DNA of 64,000 bases from IMG/VR virus record IMGVR_UViG_3300020413_000007, one strand, 5' to 3'. The notes below the pieces were generated by a model. That model was not told where the DNA came from, did no database searches, and saw nothing but the letters and a program-made list of their open reading frames with translations. The stretch is from an uncultured virus (IMG/VR IMGVR_UViG_3300020413_000007) (taxonomy: Duplodnaviria > Heunggongvirae > Uroviricota > Caudoviricetes). Positions 57,016 to 64,000 of the stretch are shown here, in pieces. A program made the translations under genes and the position numbers. Every line of letters begins with the position of its first letter. Position 1 is the stretch's first letter.

Positions 57016-60000
57016 ATGCAAAAGACCAATCTACAACTGGCGCCATACTTTGATGATTTTGATAGTTCCAAAAACTATCAAAAGATTCTATTTAAACCTG
57101 GCTATCCAGTGCAGGCGAGAGAACTTACTCAACTGCAAACACAGTTACAGAACCAAATAGAGAAATTTGGAAATCATACATTTAAAGATGGTTCTGTAGT
57201 AATACCAGGCCAGATTGGTTACGATCTGCAATATGATGCTGTTTTAGTTCAGAATTTAATTGGTGGTGTAGAAGTAGAAGCAACAAGAACAAGTTTAGTA
57301 GGTAAAACTTTAAAAGGATCAACTACTGGTGTAGAGGCAGAAGTTGTAAATACAATATCAGTTACAACAAGTGAAAAAAATGCGATTACATTATATGTAA
57401 AATATACAAAGAGTGGTTCTAGTACAGCTGGTATCCAATCAACTAAATTTGGTAATAATGAGACTTTAATTGATACATCAACTAATCTTAATGTTGCTCA
57501 AACATATCTTTTAAATGCTACTGAATATACTGGAAGTATAGCATACATTACAAATGGCATCTACTATATTCGTGGATTTTTTGTAGAAGTTATAGATCAA
57601 AATATTATACTTAATCAATATAGTAACAAACCAACATATAAGATTGGTCTAACAGTTACAGAAGAAAAAATAACAAGTGATGAAGATAGTACATTATTCG
57701 ATAATGCAAATGGATATTCTAATTTTGCTGCTCCAGGCGCTGATAGATTAAAAATTACTGCATCATTATCAAAAGAGTTGACTAGTTTTTCTGATAATGG
57801 TAATTTTATAGAATTATTAAGATTAAAAGATGGTATTTTAGAAAGAATTGTTGAGACTAGTTTATACAGTGAATTAGAAAAAAATCTTGCTAGAAGAACA
57901 TATGATGAATCTGGTGATTATACAGTCAGAGATTTTACTGTTAAGGTAAAAGAAGCTCTTGATAATGGAGATAATGGTGGTATCTATAATCCTAATGAAG
58001 TTCTTGCAGATGGTAGAAGTATTTTAGCAAGAGATCCATTAGAAACAGATCCAACAAATTCTTTTAATGGTAATAATTATTATGCTTTAGAAGTATCTTC
58101 TGGAAAAGCATATGTAAGAGGTTTTGAGATTGATAATGTTGCTAAAAAATATGTATTAGCTGAAAAAACAAGAGTAACATCTGCTTCAAATAATAAAACT
58201 ACAAATACAAGTTTTGGATCATATTTTACAATATCTTCTGCCGTACAAACTGTTACTGCTGGTCAGACTCTTTCTTTAAGAAATAGTAGTAATGCTGTTA
58301 TTGGTAATGCTCGTGCTGTAGGTGTAGTTCCTGCTAGTACTGGTCATTTATTATATGTTGAGGAAGCATTTACATTTACAGATGTTGTAGTTACAGGTGA
58401 TGCTACTGCATTACAATCTGGTGATTTTATATTTTCTTCTAGAGGATCTAGAGGTGTAGTTGTATCTACAACTCTTTCTAGTGGTAATACAACACTTAGA
58501 TTACGTCAAGTTGTTGGTAGATTTGTAAATAATGATGTTATAAACAATAGTAGAGATTCAATTACGTTTACAATTTCTAGTCTTACTGATTTTAAATTTA
58601 CAGATGTTAATAATATAATCAATGGTCTTGGATATGTTGCAACTGTAACTTCAAATACTGGTCTTAAAACAAAAGGTAAAAATAGTTTTATTAAAATATC
58701 AGATTTACCAGTAGCAACAATTAGTGATTATTCATACACAAAATTAGCAAGAGTAACTCTTACTGTTCAAAGTGGAGCAGTATCAATTACTGCACCAAAT
58801 AATTTTACTCCTTTAACAACTGGATACTATATCACTTCAGCTACTGGAGATCATACAGCAACTGCAACTCTTACTGGAAATACTTTAGTATTATCGTCTA
58901 TTAGTGGAAATCCTACTAATGGAACTAGTGTAACAATTTGGTATAAATTAAGAGTTAATAATGTTTCTGTTAGAACTAAGAAAAATAAAACATTCCAATA
59001 CTTATCAGTCACAAAGAAAAAATCATCAACTGATGTAGTCTATGGTAATAGGTATGATGATAAAGAAATTAATTTAAGATTTCCAGACGTTTATAAAATA
59101 CATGCTATTCATGAGGCAGCTGTAAATGGTGTAACTGATACAAATATGTTTGATCGTTTAATTATAAATGATTCAAGTGAGGTTGAAACTGGTGATATTA
59201 TTCAAAGTGGTTCTTTAAGAGCAAAAATTATATTTAAGAATGGTGTAAATCTTCATGTAAAATATTTACAGAATCAAAAATTTACACAAGGAACAAATTT
59301 AACTACACAAATTACTATTGTCAATAATCCTACTTTAGTCGGAAGATTTTTAACTGAAGTTACACATGGTAACTATATCGATATTACAGATAATTATGCT
59401 TTAGTTAAAAATGATGTAGAAGATAATTATAGAATTTCTAAATTATCTAGATTAGGTAATAGATCAACACCATCACAAAAAATTACTATTGTATTTGATT
59501 ATTTTGAACATGGAAATACTACAAATGATTTTTATGCTACAAGTTCATTTAATACTGATGATGATGGAGATATAGAATATACAAATATTCCATATGCATA
59601 TGATGGAACTCCTTATACTGATATCTTAGATTTCAGAGGAACCTATACACCAACAACTGCTTCTGGTAGTGGTACTGTAACTGCCCCATATGTTACTAGT
59701 AATGGAAAATCAGCATTTGATATTTACGAACAAACCAAGAGTGCTGCTATAACAGCATATCCAGATGAGTTTGCTACATATGATTTAAGTTACTATACTG
59801 CAAGAATTGATAGATTATATCTTAATAAAGAAGGTAAGTTTGTAATATCACAAGGATCACCAGCAATCAATCCAGTAATACCTGAGTCTGTTTCAGATTC
59901 TTTATTAATCAATACTATTTCTATACCAGCATATCTTAGAGATGTAAATCAAATTTCTATACAGAAAGAAGATACTAGAAGATATACTATGAAAGATATT

Positions 60001-63000
60001 GGTGCTATTGAATCTAGAGTGGATAGTATTGAATACTATACAACTTTAAGTTTACTTGAAACTGATACTAACAATATGATGATTCTTGATAGTAGTGGAA
60101 ATAATAGATTTAAAAATGGATTCTTAGTTGATAACTTTAAATCTCTTAATTTTACAGAATCTAAAAATCCAGATTTCAATATGTCCATTGATACCACACA
60201 AGGTTTGATGAGACCATATCCATATGTTAATAACATAGGTTTCAAGTGGCTTGAAACTATGGATGGTACTGCAACAAAAGTAGGTGGGTTACAAAAGACT
60301 GGTGATTTCTTATCTTTACCATATAAAGAAGAACAATTTGCTTCTAATCCATATGCAAGTAAGGTAGTTAATTTAAATCCATTTAATGTGTTTACATGGG
60401 TAGGAGATTTTAAAATATCACCAGAAAGAGATGTATGGTTTGATACAAAAAGATCTGCTCCTGAGAATGTACCTCAAGTAGATCTTACAGGACCTATTAA
60501 ATTCCTTTATGATAGGAGTGGTGCTGATGGTGAGAAATGGGGTAGTTGGAATAATACTGGTAGTGAAAGAGTAAGTGGTGGTACTGAATTTACTGATAAA
60601 AGAACTGGTGTAGAAAACAGTTTTAGTACTGTCACACAGAATATTGAAGTTGGTGATAGAATTGATGGTATTAAAAATATTGAGTTTGCTAGATCAATTG
60701 TAATTGATGCAAAGTCATCAAGAATGAAACCAAATACAAATTTATATTTCTTTATTGATGGTGAAGATTATAATGATAGTGTATATCCTAAAATCTTTAG
60801 AAATATTACTAGAACTGTAAATAGTACTTCTTTTGTAGTTGGTGAGAAAGTTAGAATTGAATCACAATCTGATCCAGGCACTAATCAAATTATTGCAGAA
60901 GTAGTTGTTGCATCTAAATATGATTCTACTATAACTGCTAATTATAGTGGTGCATCTACTGTAATCGCAATTGATAATGTAACCACTGTAGATGGTACAT
61001 TATTAAATCCATCAAGTCCTACAGACAAAGTTAAAATAACAGGACTTACAACTGGTGCTGTTGCAGAAGTGGACTTAACTTCTCCTAGAATTTCTACTAA
61101 CGATGAAGGAACTGTAGACTTCTTTATTTTAGTTCCTCCAGAAAAATTAGAAACTGGTAAGTCAAGATTAGTAATAACAGATGAAAGCACATCTACAACT
61201 GTAGAAGGTGTATCTGATACTAATGCAGTTGCTAATTATGATTCAGAAGGAACTTTATTTGAACTAACAAGTTTAAGTATAGATATGCAGATTCCTCAAA
61301 TTACTGTAACACCTATTGAGGAAACAAGACAAAGATTTATACCTGATCCTCCTCCACCTCCACCTAGAAACTGTGACCCATTAGCACAATCATTCTTTGT
61401 TGATGCTATTGAAGGTGGAATGTTTATTACATCTATAGATTTATATTTCCAATCTAAGGATACAAAAGTTCCTGTAACAATTGATATTCGTACTGTAGAA
61501 AATGGATCACCAACACAGACAATTCTTCCATTTAGTGTAAAAACAATTGAAGCTGCTAATGTATCTGTAAATGCAACTAAAGCAAATACAGTAACTAAGT
61601 TTACATTTGATGCTCCAGTATATGTAGCAAATGGTCAAGAATACGCATTTATTTTAAGATCTAGATCTTTAAATTATAAAGTTTGGGTATCTAGATTAAA
61701 TCAAGTTGATGTAGATACTAGTCAATTAATTGACAAACAACCATATGCAGGGTCATTATACAAATCTCAAAACATGAGTGTCTGGGAACCAGATCAGTTT
61801 GAAGATATCAAGTTCAATATTAATAGAGCTAAGTTTACAACCAATAGTAAATTAACTGCTCAATTAACAAATGGTATTGTTCCTAGAGTAGATCTTCCAA
61901 CAGATCCATTGATTTTTACATCTGATTCAACTGATATTACTATATTACATCCAAATCATTGTATGCATACAAAACAAAATTTTGTAAATATATCTGGTGT
62001 AAAATCAGATGTACCAAATACTAAACTGGTAACTCCATTAGGAAATGCACAGTTTATAGTTGATACAGCTATTACATTAGCAGATGGTACATTCACACCC
62101 ACCCAGTTTAATAATACAACAGTAGGAGATAATAATTTTGGATACATCAAAATTAATGATGAAATTATTGCTTACAAATCAGTAAGTGGTTCTACAATTA
62201 CAGTTCCTAGTGGTGGTAGAGGTGTTGGTGATACAGTTATTGTTTCACATGCTACAAATTCTGTAGTTGAATACTATAGTATTAATGGTATACCTTTAAC
62301 AGAAATTAATAAAGTACATTCATTAAAAGATGTAATTAGTATGGATAAATATCAAATTTCTGTTAATTCAAAAGCAAATGAAACAAAACAATCAGGTGCT
62401 AGATACATTAAGGCAAGTAGAAACTTACAGTTTGAAAGTATTACACCTAGATTAAATGAAATTATATTTTCTGGTACAGAATTAACTACAAGATTAGGTA
62501 CAACTTCTGGTTCTTCAGTAAGTGAAAAGAATACAGGAACTTTCTCAACATTACAAGATGTAAGTCTTGCTAATTTAGAAGTGAATGAATTGGATGCATC
62601 CAGTGTTATTCTTTCACCAGAAAACCAAACAGTATACTTTGGTTCTACTGATTCATTTAAATTTTATGCTGATATGAAGAGTACAGTTGATAACTTAAGT
62701 CCGATGTTTAATCTTTCTGGATCATCTGTTATTACTGCAATGAATCGTATCAATAGAATTGATAAAACAGATGGAACTGTAGATCTTACTTCTGAACTTA
62801 ATTCAGAGGGATCATTACATGATTCTGTTTATGTAACTAAAAAAGTAACTCTAGAAAACTCTTCTACTTCTATCAAAATTTTATTTGATGCAATTAGAAG
62901 ACAGGGTGTTGATATTAAAGTATTTGCTAAAGTGAAAAGAGATGATGAGACAGATGATTTCAACTTATTAGATTACGTTGAAATACCTTCTACAAATTAT

Positions 63001-63159
63001 CCATTCTCACCAGACAAAGAAACATATCGGGCATTTGAATATGAAATTACTGGTTTAGTAGGTTTCAAAGAATATGCTATTAAGGTTGTTATGATTGGTA
63101 ACGATCAATCTAATGTGCCTAAAATAAGAAACTTTAGAGGAATTGCCCTCGCAGTATAA
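57016..63159 (+). CDS. Large virion structural protein (DUF4815/VrlC-like)
   Basis: PYFDDF..LFKPG.PVQARELTQLQ, APGADRLKI, ARRTYDESGDY, RFKNGF.VDNF, DPLAQSF. Confidence 0.85.
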   Translation: MQKTNLQLAPYFDDFDSSKNYQKILFKPGYPVQARELTQLQTQLQNQIEKFGNHTFKDGSVVIPGQIGYDLQYDAVLVQNLIGGVEVEATRTSLVGKTLKGSTTGVEAEVVNTISVTTSEKNAITLYVKYTKSGSSTAGIQSTKFGNNETLIDTSTNLNVAQTYLLNATEYTGSIAYITNGIYYIRGFFVEVIDQNIILNQYSNKPTYKIGLTVTEEKITSDEDSTLFDNANGYSNFAAPGADRLKITASLSKELTSFSDNGNFIELLRLKDGILERIVETSLYSELEKNLARRTYDESGDYTVRDFTVKVKEALDNGDNGGIYNPNEVLADGRSILARDPLETDPTNSFNGNNYYALEVSSGKAYVRGFEIDNVAKKYVLAEKTRVTSASNNKTTNTSFGSYFTISSAVQTVTAGQTLSLRNSSNAVIGNARAVGVVPASTGHLLYVEEAFTFTDVVVTGDATALQSGDFIFSSRGSRGVVVSTTLSSGNTTLRLRQVVGRFVNNDVINNSRDSITFTISSLTDFKFTDVNNIINGLGYVATVTSNTGLKTKGKNSFIKISDLPVATISDYSYTKLARVTLTVQSGAVSITAPNNFTPLTTGYYITSATGDHTATATLTGNTLVLSSISGNPTNGTSVTIWYKLRVNNVSVRTKKNKTFQYLSVTKKKSSTDVVYGNRYDDKEINLRFPDVYKIHAIHEAAVNGVTDTNMFDRLIINDSSEVETGDIIQSGSLRAKIIFKNGVNLHVKYLQNQKFTQGTNLTTQITIVNNPTLVGRFLTEVTHGNYIDITDNYALVKNDVEDNYRISKLSRLGNRSTPSQKITIVFDYFEHGNTTNDFYATSSFNTDDDGDIEYTNIPYAYDGTPYTDILDFRGTYTPTTASGSGTVTAPYVTSNGKSAFDIYEQTKSAAITAYPDEFATYDLSYYTARIDRLYLNKEGKFVISQGSPAINPVIPESVSDSLLINTISIPAYLRDVNQISIQKEDTRRYTMKDIGAIESRVDSIEYYTTLSLLETDTNNMMILDSSGNNRFKNGFLVDNFKSLNFTESKNPDFNMSIDTTQGLMRPYPYVNNIGFKWLETMDGTATKVGGLQKTGDFLSLPYKEEQFASNPYASKVVNLNPFNVFTWVGDFKISPERDVWFDTKRSAPENVPQVDLTGPIKFLYDRSGADGEKWGSWNNTGSERVSGGTEFTDKRTGVENSFSTVTQNIEVGDRIDGIKNIEFARSIVIDAKSSRMKPNTNLYFFIDGEDYNDSVYPKIFRNITRTVNSTSFVVGEKVRIESQSDPGTNQIIAEVVVASKYDSTITANYSGASTVIAIDNVTTVDGTLLNPSSPTDKVKITGLTTGAVAEVDLTSPRISTNDEGTVDFFILVPPEKLETGKSRLVITDESTSTTVEGVSDTNAVANYDSEGTLFELTSLSIDMQIPQITVTPIEETRQRFIPDPPPPPPRNCDPLAQSFFVDAIEGGMFITSIDLYFQSKDTKVPVTIDIRTVENGSPTQTILPFSVKTIEAANVSVNATKANTVTKFTFDAPVYVANGQEYAFILRSRSLNYKVWVSRLNQVDVDTSQLIDKQPYAGSLYKSQNMSVWEPDQFEDIKFNINRAKFTTNSKLTAQLTNGIVPRVDLPTDPLIFTSDSTDITILHPNHCMHTKQNFVNISGVKSDVPNTKLVTPLGNAQFIVDTAITLADGTFTPTQFNNTTVGDNNFGYIKINDEIIAYKSVSGSTITVPSGGRGVGDTVIVSHATNSVVEYYSINGIPLTEINKVHSLKDVISMDKYQISVNSKANETKQSGARYIKASRNLQFESITPRLNEIIFSGTELTTRLGTTSGSSVSEKNTGTFSTLQDVSLANLEVNELDASSVILSPENQTVYFGSTDSFKFYADMKSTVDNLSPMFNLSGSSVITAMNRINRIDKTDGTVDLTSELNSEGSLHDSVYVTKKVTLENSSTSIKILFDAIRRQGVDIKVFAKVKRDDETDDFNLLDYVEIPSTNYPFSPDKETYRAFEYEITGLVGFKEYAIKVVMIGNDQSNVPKIRNFRGIALAV

Positions 63160-63161
63160 TC

Positions 63162-63383
63162 ATGGAAAATCCAGAAGTTGAAGGCCATCCAGATCTCGCA
63201 AGGGATTCTGGATCTGGTGCTATAGTTAATAGAAATCCATATAGTTATGAACAGTATATGGAAAGTTATAAGAAAAGAATTGAGAAAGAAGATAGAATAG
63301 ATAATATAGAAAAAAACTTAATTGAAACTAGGAAAGAAATAGATACTATTAAGGATCTTATTTTACGGCATATAATGTCATAA
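63162..63383 (+). CDS. Conserved hypothetical protein
   Basis: VEGH.DL.RD..SGAI.N plus a coiled coil. Confidence 0.8.
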   Translation: MENPEVEGHPDLARDSGSGAIVNRNPYSYEQYMESYKKRIEKEDRIDNIEKNLIETRKEIDTIKDLILRHIMS

Positions 63384-63435
63384 ATAGTGATGGGAAACAA
63401 ATCTCCTATAAATATAGTATAAGTGGTAGACCCTA

Positions 63436-63765
63436 ATGGCAGCAGTTCATAATTTACACATTGATCAAGGTGCTGACTTTACTGTCGAAGTTGGTATATA
63501 TGATGATAATAATGCGGCTTGGGACCTTACTGGTTATGCAGTAGCTGCCAAGATTCAAAAATCGTATTATAGTACATCATCAACAAGTTTTGTTGCAACT
63601 GTGAGTTCTACCGCATCTGGAACAGTAGTTCTAACCCTTCTCGACACTGTTACTGCAGCCATGGATCCTGGCAGGTATCTGTATGACGTAGTTGTTACGT
63701 CAGCTGGTGGTATAAAAACACGAGTCATAGAAGGAATTGTTACAATCAACCCTGGCATAACATGA
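63436..63765 (+). CDS. Small virion structural protein
   Basis: NL.IDQGADF..DLTGY..GRY.YDV...RV.EG.V...PG.T; TATAAATA at 63407. Confidence 0.8.
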   Translation: MAAVHNLHIDQGADFTVEVGIYDDNNAAWDLTGYAVAAKIQKSYYSTSSTSFVATVSSTASGTVVLTLLDTVTAAMDPGRYLYDVVVTSAGGIKTRVIEGIVTINPGIT

Positions 63766-63974
63766 ATACTAAAGTTACTGTTCGGAACACACCTCAAGTC
63801 ATTACTGTTGCCGCTTCGGCTGGTGCTAGTGGTAGTTTAGCCACCTTGACTGATGTAAATTTATCTTCTGCGGGCGATGGTGCCGTTCTTCAATATGATG
63901 TTACAACTCAAACTTGGATAGCTAGAAACATACTAGAAAATTCTGGTTTAACTATCAATGCAGGCTTCTATTAA
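63762..63974 (+). CDS. Small structural protein
   Basis: L..LTDV....DG.VL.Y...W motif. Confidence 0.7.
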   Translation: MNTKVTVRNTPQVITVAASAGASGSLATLTDVNLSSAGDGAVLQYDVTTQTWIARNILENSGLTINAGFY

Positions 63975-64000
63975 ATCTTTCACATAGGAACAAAAAATGG

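Noticed and set aside
385..60495. Strict avoidance of GGWCC or GATC
   Set aside because: GGTCC/GGACC occur repeatedly (e.g. near 385, 2488, 18475, 47001) and GATC is common, so the strict rule is specific to CCWGG
41031..63159. Inteins or introns explaining the giant ORFs
   Set aside because: No C/S..HN splice motifs or LAGLIDADG blocks seen; length is accounted for by structural repeats
1527..63797. Minus-strand and out-of-frame ORFs in the track (e.g. 3116..3475, 6053..6367, 18426..18842, 54939..55271)
   Set aside because: Shadows of long + strand genes caused by codon bias; no motifs or expression signals

Overview
A 64 kb segment of an AT-rich T4-like marine cyanomyovirus genome (Prochlorococcus/Synechococcus phage type). 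Essentially all credible genes are on the + strand. Order: (i) 3' end of psbD, a Mom-like DNA-modification gene and a psbN-like gene; (ii) about 21 kb of tail-fibre/receptor-binding cassettes, each behind a T4-type late promoter (1585-22236); (iii) about 11 kb of small early genes with host-sigma70-type promoters, a repeated upstream palindrome, an SF2 helicase, a GIY-YIG/ParB-like fusion and an iteron-like repeat array with two DnaA boxes (22260-33270); (iv) baseplate module with a PAAR-like gene, an inserted SET-domain island, gp25, gp6, a giant gp7, gp8 and a VrlC-like protein. Most notable observations: every CCWGG I found is overlapped by a GC dinucleotide (GCCWGG/CCWGGC), suggesting a GpC-type protective modification against a CCWGG-directed host defence; an origin-like repeat/DnaA-box locus; a candidate structured RNA; and self-nested ('matryoshka') domain repeats in gp7. 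All calls come from reading the sequence by eye; no database searches were run.
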